Numbered from the stretch's first letter, positions 1-10,138 are shown. The stretch: 32,000 nucleotides of DNA from an uncultured Oscillatoriaceae bacterium (GCA_965650385.1 CBFGOM010000008.1:12849-44848), one strand, 5' to 3'. Notes: generated from the sequence alone by a model not told the origin. Numbers and translations: made by a program.

Positions 1-1
1 G

Positions 2-706
2 GCCGGGACCAGTGGGCGTCTCGGAGTCCTGGATGCAGCGGAATGTCCCCCCACCTTCTGCACCCCCCCGGAAATGGTGCAGGGGATCATTGCCGGAGGC
101 GCCGGGGCTTTAATCCGCAGTTCGGAGGACCTGGAAGACCGCGCGGAAGATGGAGAAGATGCCGTGGTCCGCCGCCACCTCACCGACTTAGATGTGATCG
201 TCGGCATTACTGCCGGGGGCACCACTCCCTTTGTGCAAGGGGCTTTACAAGCCGCCCGACGTCGGGGGACCAGCACAGTTTTTATCGCCTGTGTTCCCGC
301 AGAACAGGTGGAAGTGCCGGTGGATATCGATATTCGCTTGCTCGTCGGACCGGAAATTTTAGCCGGTTCCACCCGCCTAAAAGCAGGCACCGTGACCAAA
401 ATGGCCTTAAATATCCTCTCAACCGGGGTGATGGTCAAGCTTGGAAAGGTCTATGGTAACCGGATGGTAGATGTTTCAGTTACCAATAAAAAGCTGCAAG
501 ACCGCGCCTTGAGAATTCTGGAAGATTTGACCGGGTTGAGCCGCCAAGAGGCCGGGTTTCTGTTAGAAAAGAGTGGGCGATCGGTCAAACTCGCTTTAAT
601 CATGCATTGGACTCATCTGAGCAAAGCGGAGGCGCAACAATTGCTAGAAACTCATAACGGACAACTGCGACTCGCCGTAGAGAGTCTAAAAAATCCAGCA
701 TCGTAA
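2..706 (+). CDS. murQ: N-acetylmuramic acid 6-phosphate etherase (MurQ), 5' end outside window
   Basis: The frame is open from nt 2. The translation AGTSGRLGVLDAAECPPTF...GITAGGTTPFV...GSTRLKAGT matches the SIS-domain MurQ pattern. Stop TAA at 704-706. Confidence 0.85.
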   Translation, partial: AGTSGRLGVLDAAECPPTFCTPPEMVQGIIAGGAGALIRSSEDLEDRAEDGEDAVVRRHLTDLDVIVGITAGGTTPFVQGALQAARRRGTSTVFIACVPAEQVEVPVDIDIRLLVGPEILAGSTRLKAGTVTKMALNILSTGVMVKLGKVYGNRMVDVSVTNKKLQDRALRILEDLTGLSRQEAGFLLEKSGRSVKLALIMHWTHLSKAEAQQLLETHNGQLRLAVESLKNPAS

Positions 707-778
707 ACCCTTAAAATTTTTCATCTTCACCCCCATCCCAACTGCTCACCTTGAACCTGAATTATTCATTGAGAACTC

Positions 779-1873
779 ATGACAGATAGCTCACCTGAAA
801 TGTCCGCGCCTAATCCAGAAACAGCTTTATCTCCCCGAGAAACTGAAGACTTAATCCGATTACTGCGACGTAAAGAAGGCAACTGGGTCGGCTGGGGAAT
901 GGCCTGTCAACGCTTACAAAAAGCCGGATTGAATTCTCAACAAATTTTTGAAGACACCGGCTTTGAACAGATTCAACAAAATCAAATTGTAGTGGGTTAT
1001 CAAGTTTATAATTCCATCCTTGCGGCTGGAATATCTGAACAAACCCAGGCGCATTTTGACCGCAAAGGTAGCGATATTCTGTATGAATTGCGCATCCTCA
1101 GTCAAGAAGAACGGGCTAAAGCTGCCGAGTTTATTGTGAGTAAAAACCTCGATGTTGATGAGACTCACGAACTTGTCAAGGCGATGAAAGATTTATCCCG
1201 ACTCTCTAAAATTCCGGAAGCTTTTTCCACCCATCCCGGGGATGCTGTCGCCTATCAATGCTGGAAACTAGCCCGTCAAAAATCAGATTTACAAGAGCGA
1301 TCGCGCTTAATTGCCCGAGGTTTATCCTTCGCCCATAGTAGCACCGCCCGTAAACAAGTTGAACAACTGCTCACGGATTTTACAGTCACTCCCACACGCG
1401 CTGCACCGACCCTCTCCGTTTACCGCTTAGAATCCGCTGACGAGTTGCCAAATATCCTCCCCGTAGTTGGTAGAATGCCCCTCACGGTGGAAGATTTACA
1501 AGCAGTTCCCTTAATCGAACCGGAAGAACCTTTTGGCATCGTCAAATCCTCGGGAAATGCGGCCTGGGTTCCCGTCCCCAGTTGGCAAGTTCTCCTACGC
1601 GCTGAAGACCCGGTTACCATTCTTTGGCACAGCGATGATTTACCCATTAACCTACCCGGAAAAGCGGAAGAAGTCCTGGTTTTAGTCGATCGCGCTGCCC
1701 GCCAATGGGACGCCAATGGATACTTTTTATGGGAAGAAAATGGCAAACTCAAAATGCAGTGGTTTGAACAAGAACCGGAGATTAAAATTCTGGGTCAAGT
1801 CTTGTTAGTTCTGCGCCCTAAAAAGTTCTTAGATGAAGATTTCACTAAGGAAATGTGGCAAATGGATGAATAA
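779..1873 (+). CDS. raf1: RuBisCO accumulation factor 1 (Raf1)
   Basis: 364 aa. Blocks LLRRKEGNWVGWGMACQ, TGFEQIQQNQIVV, HPGDAVAYQCWKLA, ERSRLIARGL and LVLRPKKFLDE match my recollection of cyanobacterial Raf1. Confidence 0.8.
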   Translation: MTDSSPEMSAPNPETALSPRETEDLIRLLRRKEGNWVGWGMACQRLQKAGLNSQQIFEDTGFEQIQQNQIVVGYQVYNSILAAGISEQTQAHFDRKGSDILYELRILSQEERAKAAEFIVSKNLDVDETHELVKAMKDLSRLSKIPEAFSTHPGDAVAYQCWKLARQKSDLQERSRLIARGLSFAHSSTARKQVEQLLTDFTVTPTRAAPTLSVYRLESADELPNILPVVGRMPLTVEDLQAVPLIEPEEPFGIVKSSGNAAWVPVPSWQVLLRAEDPVTILWHSDDLPINLPGKAEEVLVLVDRAARQWDANGYFLWEENGKLKMQWFEQEPEIKILGQVLLVLRPKKFLDEDFTKEMWQMDE

Positions 1874-1897
1874 AAAACCGCACCCTCAAGGGTGGGG
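1872..1897 (-). terminator. Possible intrinsic terminator for the glycosyltransferase gene, overlapping the raf1 stop
   Basis: The minus strand reads CCCCACCC-TTGA-GGGTGCGG followed by TTTTTTA. This is a 5-bp core stem plus 2 outer pairs, about 30 nt after the 1927 stop. Confidence 0.35.
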
Positions 1898-1926
1898 TAG
1901 TTGCGGACAAAGCCCGCCTGCGCGGG

Positions 1927-3753
1927 CTAATTTTCCGCTCTCCCACAGCGATAAAGTTGGTAAGGAATTCCTAAGCGATAATACTGACTCGGGTCGAGAT
2001 TACAGGGGCGATCGCCTAACCCTAATTGAGGGGGATAGTCTCGCTGACGCAAACCCGGAGCCATCATCCATAAATTAACAGCAGAAGGGGGTAATTCTGA
2101 TATTTTAGCCAGATTTTCCCAAACGGATTGATAACTCGGCGATCGGCTCATAAATGCCCAACTCGTCTCGGGTAAATTTCCCCCTCTAATTTTATCCAAC
2201 TCCAGGACAAAACTCAACCCCAAAGCGACCTCTTGCATATTTTCATATCCCACTATCACCACTAACGGAACACTCGGTTCTAAATTGAGTTGCTGTGCCA
2301 CCCCTGCCGGATTATAAGGCTTTTGAAAGACCCAATTTGACACGACAAAAACACTACTAATCATCCCCAGAATTAGAACACTGGGTATTAAAGATGAACC
2401 CGCACCCTTCAGGGTACGGCGAGAGGCCCAAAGCCTACCTGCGCAGGCTAGGATAGAAAGCGGAGTTTTTATAACCGGATTGGGTATTAAACCCTGAACC
2501 GATGGAGAGGGGTTTGTTTTTTCGCTCCCCCCAGCTTTTATGAGCAAACTTGCGCCTAATAATGCACAAATCCCCGGATAATAGATAAAGTGATAGCGAA
2601 CAGCGGAAGTAATATCTTTACCTAAACCATAAACAATGAAAAAATATTCTAATAGAACAACTGCCGTAAAAAAGAGTAAACTGAGACTTGATAACCGGGT
2701 CTTGTTGCTGGTTAAGAGGGCTTGAATTCGAGGAACAATGGCGCGCAAAAAGTACCCAAACCAAAGCAACATGAAAATAGCGGAAGGAATCACCATCCAC
2801 AGCGGTTGATTTTCTACTGGGAATGCCACAATCATGACCACCCAACCGGCTACGGTTTGAGAAAGGGGTGTTAGCGTATCCAACCAAGAGGGTTCAAAGG
2901 GTTTAAACCAATCCGTTTCGGGACGGCTAAAATGGTTGTACAGGGTGGGTAACCACGGTAAATATAACAATAAGGGCAGTAAACTATATCCCGCTAAACT
3001 GAGCCCGGTTAGGATACCATGAGCTGATTCAGGGGAGCTTTTTTCCGGTAATCCCAACTTTCCCGGGTACAGGGATTTTACCACAATAAAAGCAAAAATT
3101 GTTAATAATTCGGCAACTAGAACTAATAAGAAAAAATAGTGGATATAGAGTCCTAGGGTATTCAGTATTCCCAAACAGATTCCCACCCCCGGGTGAATTT
3201 TTCCCCGATGATGTAAATCTTTTTGAATTTGAATGAATCCCATTAGGGATAAAATAATTAACAGCATCGGTAGGGTATAATGGCGGGCTTCCTGGGAAAG
3301 ATAAACCGCAAAGGGAGAGACTGCCATCACTGCTGCACCCATGAACCCTGCTTTGCGAGAAAAAGCCATCCGATTTAACCCATACATCGCCGCGATCGCC
3401 CCCACACCAAACCATGCCGAGAGCGATCGCGCTTGCCATATCCAAGACCTCCAATCGCCCCTCAACCATCCATGAGTTAAGCAAAAAAACAGCGGGGGAT
3501 GAGTCGATTCCCTTGCCACTGTTTCTGCAATTTGTCCACAACTAGCACTTGAATTTAAACGGAAAATATCAACAAATTGTGCTAAAGGAAAAACTGCATC
3601 TAACGGAATCTTCTCATAACTTTGTCCCAAACTAAATAACCCGGTCAAAATTTCATCTAACCAGACGGGTTTGGCCTCTAATTGGGTAAATCGCAGAACC
3701 GTACCCAGAATTAAGATAGCCGCCAAACTTAAATAATGTCGATACCTGTGCAT
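1927..3753 (-). CDS. GT-C fold membrane glycosyltransferase (family 39 / PMT_2-like)
   Basis: 608 aa and polytopic. It has an N-terminal TM helix followed by a WLDEILTG acidic loop motif typical of ArnT/PMT-type enzymes, about 10 further hydrophobic segments, and a soluble C-terminal domain of about 170 aa. Confidence 0.7.
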   Translation of the reverse strand: MHRYRHYLSLAAILILGTVLRFTQLEAKPVWLDEILTGLFSLGQSYEKIPLDAVFPLAQFVDIFRLNSSASCGQIAETVARESTHPPLFFCLTHGWLRGDWRSWIWQARSLSAWFGVGAIAAMYGLNRMAFSRKAGFMGAAVMAVSPFAVYLSQEARHYTLPMLLIILSLMGFIQIQKDLHHRGKIHPGVGICLGILNTLGLYIHYFFLLVLVAELLTIFAFIVVKSLYPGKLGLPEKSSPESAHGILTGLSLAGYSLLPLLLYLPWLPTLYNHFSRPETDWFKPFEPSWLDTLTPLSQTVAGWVVMIVAFPVENQPLWMVIPSAIFMLLWFGYFLRAIVPRIQALLTSNKTRLSSLSLLFFTAVVLLEYFFIVYGLGKDITSAVRYHFIYYPGICALLGASLLIKAGGSEKTNPSPSVQGLIPNPVIKTPLSILACAGRLWASRRTLKGAGSSLIPSVLILGMISSVFVVSNWVFQKPYNPAGVAQQLNLEPSVPLVVIVGYENMQEVALGLSFVLELDKIRGGNLPETSWAFMSRSPSYQSVWENLAKISELPPSAVNLWMMAPGLRQRDYPPQLGLGDRPCNLDPSQYYRLGIPYQLYRCGRAEN

Positions 3754-3801
3754 GGGTCAGCCCATTAGTAAATTTATCCAGTTCTTACCTTTATTTTATT
3801 C

Positions 3802-5157
3802 CTAATTGTCGATTAATTTAGGTTTTTCGATAAACTCGGCGATTTCTGTTACCAACCAATCTTGCTCCATCTTACTAAGATTAGAACCAAAACAGTAAGT
3901 CTTCACGCCGCCCACTTGTAAGGCACAGGTGAAAACCGGGGGGTCATTTTTATATACATTGGTTTGATATACTTCTACCCTAGAAACATCAAAAATATTT
4001 CCCTTAATTGTTTTTTTTAGCCCCAAAAACAACCAGGATATTTCAAATGTATCGCCACAAAAAACTAGATTAAGCGACATAGAAATATCACAAAATGCTT
4101 TGGTCATGGATATTAGACATACCCCCCAAAAAGGGGCCAGAAATAAGAGGCTGAACAAGTTTCCACTCACAAAAATTGCAACAGTTGAAGGTCCTAATGC
4201 CTGTAACCAAAGAACTGTAAATAGGAAGATAACAATATGATGGAGTTGTACCTTGCCGGGGAGAACTTTTACCTTGAGTTGCCTGGGAGTTTTTTCCAGA
4301 ACAATTCGACTGCCTACAGGTTTCAGATTACCGGGCGATCGCGTCGCAATTCGTTCCCGTTTTCCTTGCAATTCTCCTAAAGCTTCCGTGGCAGAGTTCA
4401 AGCGGTCTTCAATCACAGGTTCTAATAAATTATCTAACCAATCGGCAAACTCTGGAGTGATTTTGACATAAGGACGAAAATCAATTTTCATCCGTTTTTC
4501 TGGAAAATCTGCCGGGTCTTTATGGGTTAATAAAAACAACAAGGTTGCACCCAATCCATATAAATCCGTTGCCGGTTTTGCCTGTCCTCGAAACTGTTCC
4601 GGGGCCATATAGCCGTAAGTCCCAACGATGGTACTGCCACTGGTGAAGGTATGACGGTAAGTGTCTTGCACTGCGCCAAAATCGACTAAAAACACCTTAC
4701 CATCGGACTGACGAATAATATTTTGTGGTTTAATATCGCGATGGACAACGGGAGGGGTGAGCTGATGCAAATACACCAGAATATCTAAAAGTTGTTTGGC
4801 AATCTCTCTGACTTCCAATTCAGTCGGACGCCATCCGCTTTTTACCCAGTCTTGCAACGATTGACCTGCGGCAATTTCTTGGACAATGTAAAAGCGCCGA
4901 TCGCCCTCTATATCCAGTTGAAAATAGTCCCGATACTTAGGAATTCCTGGATGAGCTAGTTGCGCTAAAACCTTGCCTTCCCGTTCAAAAAGTTCTAAGG
5001 CTTTCCAATCTGTCAACTGCCGCAGAGATAAGACTTTAATGGCGACTTGTTGTGCAAGAGTTAAGTCTTGGGCGGCATAAGTTGTGGCAATTCCGCCTTC
5101 TCCCAAGAGGTTAAGAATCTGATAGTGGTTCTTGATGATGTCCCCAGGTTGGTGCAT
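3802..5157 (-). CDS. Ser/Thr protein kinase with two TM helices and an unassigned C-terminal domain
   Basis: Hanks motifs are present: GEGGIATTY, AIKVL, HRDIKPQNI, DFG, GTYGYMAPE. Hydrophobic segments IVIFLFTVLWLQAL and LFSLLFLAPFWGVCLI are followed by about 100 aa with no motif I recognise. Confidence 0.85.
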   Translation of the reverse strand: MHQPGDIIKNHYQILNLLGEGGIATTYAAQDLTLAQQVAIKVLSLRQLTDWKALELFEREGKVLAQLAHPGIPKYRDYFQLDIEGDRRFYIVQEIAAGQSLQDWVKSGWRPTELEVREIAKQLLDILVYLHQLTPPVVHRDIKPQNIIRQSDGKVFLVDFGAVQDTYRHTFTSGSTIVGTYGYMAPEQFRGQAKPATDLYGLGATLLFLLTHKDPADFPEKRMKIDFRPYVKITPEFADWLDNLLEPVIEDRLNSATEALGELQGKRERIATRSPGNLKPVGSRIVLEKTPRQLKVKVLPGKVQLHHIVIFLFTVLWLQALGPSTVAIFVSGNLFSLLFLAPFWGVCLISMTKAFCDISMSLNLVFCGDTFEISWLFLGLKKTIKGNIFDVSRVEVYQTNVYKNDPPVFTCALQVGGVKTYCFGSNLSKMEQDWLVTEIAEFIEKPKLIDN

Positions 5158-5295
5158 GAGTTTTCACCTCTCTTGCTGATGGGCTATTTTCTAAAGCCAG
5201 AGCGAATCGAGTTGAGTCCTCTTCTGCACAGGGATTAGGATATAGAGGCGGCTAATGCAGCAATATCGCTCACTTTTCGCCTCTTGACCTCTTGC

Positions 5296-6297
5296 CTACT
5301 GATTGGTATTCGATGCGTCTGGTTTAGATAGCTTTATTCTGTTATACCCTAAAAAGGCGACTCCGGCAAATAATAAGATAAAGGGACTAAAGGCCAGCAA
5401 ATAAAGGGTGATTTTGAGCAGCCCAACGGTCAGATCCCCGACGGCTTCTGTGGCATTTCCCCAGGTTTTTTGAAGGTCTTTCCCTAAAGATTTTTGGGGA
5501 AGTTCTGCGGCGGAAACTGGAGATTCTAGGGTTAAATACAGGGTAGAATAGGCGACTTTGTTGCGCAAATTGGCCTGGACTGCATCCAGGCGTTCAATTT
5601 GTTCACGAATGGTGCCCAGTTCTCGCGCTGCATTGAGGACATCTCCCACGGAACCGGACCGTTCCATGATTTTTAAGACCATTTCTTCTTGTTTACGAAG
5701 ATTTTTTAACCGCGCATCATTATCAATCAGTTGGGCAGAAACATCTTCGGCAGTAATCGAACGATTAATGACGGTGCCAAGTTCAGCGATCGCATTAATG
5801 GTATTTTCTAACTGTTGTTGAGGAACGCGCAACTGCATCGAAACCACATGGCGGGTATTTTGCGATCGCGGTTTATTGTCTTCAAACTGTAACAAATCCC
5901 CTTGTTTTTGTTTGACAATCTGATTAATGGCTGAAATTTGGTCATCGATCGCCTCTACTTCCATCGTCATTGAAGCAGTTTTAATCAATTGCGGTGCCGC
6001 CTGGGGAATCTCTGCGGACCCTTGTACAACTTCCGCCACCATTCCCTGACCAAGTGGGGCTTCATTGGCAACTGCATCCGATGGCGGCAAGGGTGCTGCT
6101 GCGGGGACCATGCCTTGCTGGGCGACAAGGGACTCGTTCCTCATCGCTTTTGAAGTGGAAACTGCACTACAACTGGCGATCGCACCCATCAAAATCAACA
6201 TCGGCAGTAAAATCGGGGTTTGAGCGAATTTGCCAGGGGTCCGGGACGTGATTGAGTTCGGTTTCATCAGAGTTCTCCTGGGATAGCGAGGGGTCAA
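5296..6297 (-). CDS. DUF4349-like lipoprotein with C-terminal TM anchor
   Basis: Signal and lipobox-like GAIASC. The coiled-coil core (VSAQLIDNDARLKNLRKQEE...LGTIREQIERLDAVQANL) and C-terminal helices fit the DUF4349 layout. The start may be the internal Met MKPNSI. Confidence 0.6.
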   Translation of the reverse strand: MTPRYPRRTLMKPNSITSRTPGKFAQTPILLPMLILMGAIASCSAVSTSKAMRNESLVAQQGMVPAAAPLPPSDAVANEAPLGQGMVAEVVQGSAEIPQAAPQLIKTASMTMEVEAIDDQISAINQIVKQKQGDLLQFEDNKPRSQNTRHVVSMQLRVPQQQLENTINAIAELGTVINRSITAEDVSAQLIDNDARLKNLRKQEEMVLKIMERSGSVGDVLNAARELGTIREQIERLDAVQANLRNKVAYSTLYLTLESPVSAAELPQKSLGKDLQKTWGNATEAVGDLTVGLLKITLYLLAFSPFILLFAGVAFLGYNRIKLSKPDASNTNQ

Positions 6298-6451
6298 ATT
6301 AAGGTCCGTTGCCGGTTAGTCCTAAGCTAACCTTACGAGTCGGGAAGTGGAGAATCTGCTACAAAAATTGAAACAGAGGCGATCGCCCATCGGACACGAT
6401 ACACTCAGAATGACCGCCTGTTATCATCCTTGTCCCCGGTTTAACCTCACG

Positions 6452-8884
6452 ATGTCGAAAGATTTTGAGAACAACTTGCCTGTATCCGTTGCCAACCCTT
6501 TGACCCCCTTCGCTCAAAAACGTCAGGAGGCAGAACAACGCATCCGCAATGGATTACGACCGGGACAACAGCAAATGGCCGATTGGCGAGGCGGTCCTTT
6601 GGCGGTTTCTGCGGTCCCGGGGGCCGGAAAATCTAAGGGAATGGCGGATGCAGCAGCATTGGCGATCGCGCGTTTTAAGTTGCATTATCAGCACAATTTG
6701 GTGGTAGTGACCTTTACTCGTTCTGCTGCGGCAAATTTGAAATTAAAAATTCGCGCCGCCTTGAGACAACTGGCGATGCCACAAATTGGATTTACCGTTA
6801 ATACGTTACATGGATTAGCACTGGCGATCGCCTCTCGTCATCCAGAATTATCCGGTTTGGACTTGGAACACATGACCTTGGTTACCCCGAACCAAAGTAA
6901 TCGCTTAATTATCCAAAGTGTAGAACGCTGGATTGCAGCCAATCCCCAGCGGTATCACATTTTAATAGAAGGGTGTCAATTTGATGGCGAGGAAACGGAA
7001 CGCTTGCGCCGTCAGTCTGTATTACGAACTGATGTGCTGCCCCAACTCGCACAAACTGCCATTCATGAAGCCAAATCTTCTGGGTTATTACCCCAAGATT
7101 TATGGAAAATGTCGGCGGAATCGGAGGGACAAGTTCCTGATGATCCCTATGGGATTTTGGCGATCGCCGCTGGATTATATGAACAGTATGAAACCTTGAT
7201 GCGATCGCGGCAGTTTATCGATTACGATGACATGATTCTTTCCGCCTTGCGCGTCCTGGAAAATCAGAGTGCTCGTTATTTGTGGCAAAAACAAGTCTTT
7301 GCCGTATTTGAAGACGAAGCGCAAGATTCTTCCCCCTTACAAACCCAATTGTTAGAGATTTTGGCCCGAAAGTGCGACGACCCCGATGGTCCTCCCAATT
7401 TAATTCGCGTCGGTGACCCCAATCAAGCTATTAATTCTACCTTTACCCCAGCAGACCCGATCTATTTTCGCCGATTTTGTGAAGCTTGCGATCGCGAGAA
7501 TCTCCTGGCAACAATGGATCGCGCCGGACGCAGTACGCGAATTATCATCAATGCGGCCAATTTTGTCTTAAGTTGGGTCAATCGTCATTATGCCCAGCAG
7601 CATCACCTCACCCCGGAAATAGCATCTAGTCAACATCAGGCTAAATTGCCCTTTCGCCTGCAAAATATTCGGACCGTCGAAAGCGGCGACCCTCAACCGG
7701 ATGCCAATCCGCCTCACACCGGAGGAGGATTGGAGATGTATCAACCTCGGGATATTTATCACACGATAGAACTGATTGCGCGGAGGGCGGTGCAGTTATT
7801 TAGTGAGACCAACGAGGAGCGATCGGCAGCCATTTTAGTGAGAGAAAACCGCCAAGGGCGATTTATCCAAGAAGTGATGAGTAATCCCCATTTATATGGG
7901 ATTCAATGTGAGTTAAATAAATATGGCATTGAAGTCTTCGATGTATCCGCCAGCGATCGCCGGTCTCAAGTCCCCGCAGAAATGCTGGCCTTATTGCAAT
8001 TCCTCGATCGCCCCCATTCCCCAGACTATTTAAAAACCGTTTTGCGCGTCTTAGTCGATCGCAACCTCATCCCCTCCCAAGACTTAAACGCCCTCACAAG
8101 CTTACCGGAACAATTTCTCTATCCTGGTCCCTTAGAACCGCCTCAACCCCCCGCCGTACTCCAAGCCAGACGCTTCTGTGCCAGCTTGCTCACAGCGCGG
8201 ATCGAACTCCCCTTGTATCAACTGATTTCCTTCCTCGCCTTAGCCCTACATTACGACGCCTCCGAACTCGCCACCGCCGACAAATTAGGCGATCGCTTGG
8301 CCCAACAAACCGCCGGAAATCCTTCCATGAGCGGCATTCTCACCGTTCTCAACGAAATCGTTACCTCAGAACGCTTTGAACCCGTCGATACAGAAGATAA
8401 CGCCGAGAAACTTTATACTCGCCCGCGCCAACTCACCATCGTCACCATGCACAAAGCCAAAGGACTGGACTGGGATTATGTCTTCATCCCCTTCCTGCAT
8501 GACAACATGATTCCTGGCAAATTCTGGGTTCCCCCACCGGCACAATTCCTCGGACCCTACACCTTATCCGAAGTCGCCCGCGCCCAAATTCGCGCCCATC
8601 TCCACCACCAAAGCGCACCCCAATCCTGGGACAGCGCACCCTTCCAGTTCCCCTCCAGCGCCGACTCCTGGAAACAAGCCGAAGACCTCAAAATAGCCGA
8701 AGAGTACCGCTTACTTTATGTTGCCATGACTCGCGCCAAACGATTATTGTGGATTTCTGCCGCCAAACAAGCCCCCTTTACCTGGAGTAAACCCGCCAAT
8801 TTACAAGACATCCCCCCCTGTCCCGTCTTACCCGCCTTAATGGAAGCCTACCCCGATGAAGTTGTGGAGTTATCCGATATATAG
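6452..8884 (+). CDS. UvrD/Rep/PcrA-family superfamily 1 DNA helicase
   Basis: Walker A AVPGAGKSK, motif II FEDEAQDSSP, motif III GDPNQAI, motif V TMHKAKGLDWDYVF and motif VI YVAMTRAKRLLWIS. The start is uncertain: GTG 6347, ATG 6410 or ATG 6452. Confidence 0.85.
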   Translation: MSKDFENNLPVSVANPLTPFAQKRQEAEQRIRNGLRPGQQQMADWRGGPLAVSAVPGAGKSKGMADAAALAIARFKLHYQHNLVVVTFTRSAAANLKLKIRAALRQLAMPQIGFTVNTLHGLALAIASRHPELSGLDLEHMTLVTPNQSNRLIIQSVERWIAANPQRYHILIEGCQFDGEETERLRRQSVLRTDVLPQLAQTAIHEAKSSGLLPQDLWKMSAESEGQVPDDPYGILAIAAGLYEQYETLMRSRQFIDYDDMILSALRVLENQSARYLWQKQVFAVFEDEAQDSSPLQTQLLEILARKCDDPDGPPNLIRVGDPNQAINSTFTPADPIYFRRFCEACDRENLLATMDRAGRSTRIIINAANFVLSWVNRHYAQQHHLTPEIASSQHQAKLPFRLQNIRTVESGDPQPDANPPHTGGGLEMYQPRDIYHTIELIARRAVQLFSETNEERSAAILVRENRQGRFIQEVMSNPHLYGIQCELNKYGIEVFDVSASDRRSQVPAEMLALLQFLDRPHSPDYLKTVLRVLVDRNLIPSQDLNALTSLPEQFLYPGPLEPPQPPAVLQARRFCASLLTARIELPLYQLISFLALALHYDASELATADKLGDRLAQQTAGNPSMSGILTVLNEIVTSERFEPVDTEDNAEKLYTRPRQLTIVTMHKAKGLDWDYVFIPFLHDNMIPGKFWVPPPAQFLGPYTLSEVARAQIRAHLHHQSAPQSWDSAPFQFPSSADSWKQAEDLKIAEEYRLLYVAMTRAKRLLWISAAKQAPFTWSKPANLQDIPPCPVLPALMEAYPDEVVELSDI

Positions 8885-9017
8885 GGTGTCTTGCCGCACT
8901 AATTGGAGGGTTTTTCTTATCCATTTGTATCTGAGTTTAATCAGATCAAGACAAGGGGTTAGATCAGCAAAACTTTACTTTCTTAAAGCTACAATCTAGC
9001 TGGGAATTGATTTAGTC

Positions 9018-10052
9018 TTAAACCAGCTCAGGAAATAAAGCCGAACTGCGAATATCATATTCTTGCTCTAGTCGATTTTTTGCAAGTTTATAATAATCGG
9101 AATTAATTTCAGCGCTGTAACAGCGACGCCCTTGACGTATCGAAGCGATCGCTGTTGAACACAAGCCACCAAAAGGCTCCCAGACTACATCATTAGAATC
9201 ACTAGAAGCTAAAATAATTCTCTCAATTAAACGTAGCGGCTTTTGATTAGCATGAATGCATCTAGCTTGTTTATCCTTAAGCCGTTCTGCCCCGCGAACT
9301 GCAGGTTCCGACCAAACATTGGTTACCCCATGAAGATGATTCCATTTGGCCCGCATTCGTGACCATTGGTCTGCAGTAACTGGGGACTTTCCATCAAGGG
9401 AAAAATAGGGCCAGTTGGTCGGTTTACCATACTGATTGGCATAAGTAACTAGACAAGCCATCATTTCTGGAGGCGGAAAATACCACAACCGATCTTGAGT
9501 AAAATATTTACGAGTAGCAGCATTTTTCACGCCGCAAGCCTCGTTTGTTTTATTCAGAGGCAGGCCGGATCTGAGCCACTCAGACCGTAACCACTCCTGC
9601 ATCGGTAAGCGATCGCCATTTACAGTGGGTAATTCCACATTACGAACATAATGGACACAAACTTCAGTAACAATTGGAAACCGTCTAATTGTCTTGCTAT
9701 TAACATTTCCGGCAATATGAGCAACCCCTTTATCCCAAATATTGACTGAGCGATATTGCCAGCCATTTTTTGCTAATAAAGGGTGTACGGTGGCCCAACC
9801 TATTTCACTGCACCAAAACCATAAAGTTGTTTCGGGTAAACAATAGTCAGACCAGGCTTTTATGTGGCGATCGTACCAGTCTGCCAAGTCGGTTGGGGTT
9901 GGTGGATCACCGGGGAAAAGCCCCAACCCATAAGCCCCATCCGACACAATCACGGTAGGGGCTTGCCAAAATGGATACCGGGTTGCCACATCAGCATTCT
10001 CGATCTGGACGCCACCGATGGCAGTGGTTGGGATGTAATTCAAATCTTGCAT
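9018..10052 (-). CDS. Beta-class (motif IV before motif I) amino DNA methyltransferase, divergent family
   Basis: The N-terminal strand TVIVS-DGAY-G sits at the position of (D/N/S)PP(Y/F). The C-terminal VVWEPFGGLCSTAIAS...YSAEIN resembles the FxGxG AdoMet motif. It is adjacent to an HTH plus nuclease pair. Confidence 0.7.
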   Translation of the reverse strand: MQDLNYIPTTAIGGVQIENADVATRYPFWQAPTVIVSDGAYGLGLFPGDPPTPTDLADWYDRHIKAWSDYCLPETTLWFWCSEIGWATVHPLLAKNGWQYRSVNIWDKGVAHIAGNVNSKTIRRFPIVTEVCVHYVRNVELPTVNGDRLPMQEWLRSEWLRSGLPLNKTNEACGVKNAATRKYFTQDRLWYFPPPEMMACLVTYANQYGKPTNWPYFSLDGKSPVTADQWSRMRAKWNHLHGVTNVWSEPAVRGAERLKDKQARCIHANQKPLRLIERIILASSDSNDVVWEPFGGLCSTAIASIRQGRRCYSAEINSDYYKLAKNRLEQEYDIRSSALFPELV

Positions 10053-10138
10053 TTTTTTATTTAGTATCGCTGGTTAGTCTCTAATTTAAAGGTTTTCTTG
10101 TTGATTAATTTTATTTGTGCATGAATTAAGTGGCAAGA

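Noticed and set aside
43-459. 138-aa ORF overlapping murQ in another frame
   Set aside because: The Arg/Pro/Gly-rich translation is typical of an off-frame read of a GC-rich gene, and the murQ frame has clear family motifs.
914-1752. Antisense ORFs inside raf1 (914-1168 and 1420-1752)
   Set aside because: These are shadow ORFs opposite a confidently identified gene and have no motifs.
1833-2078. 81-aa plus-strand ORF overlapping the raf1 3' end and the glycosyltransferase 3' end
   Set aside because: It overlaps two better-supported genes and the translation is low-complexity with no features.
2618-3541. Same-strand alternative-frame ORFs (2618-2887 and 3029-3541) within the glycosyltransferase gene
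   Set aside because: Both lie entirely inside the 608-aa membrane protein ORF, and their translations lack any membrane or domain character.
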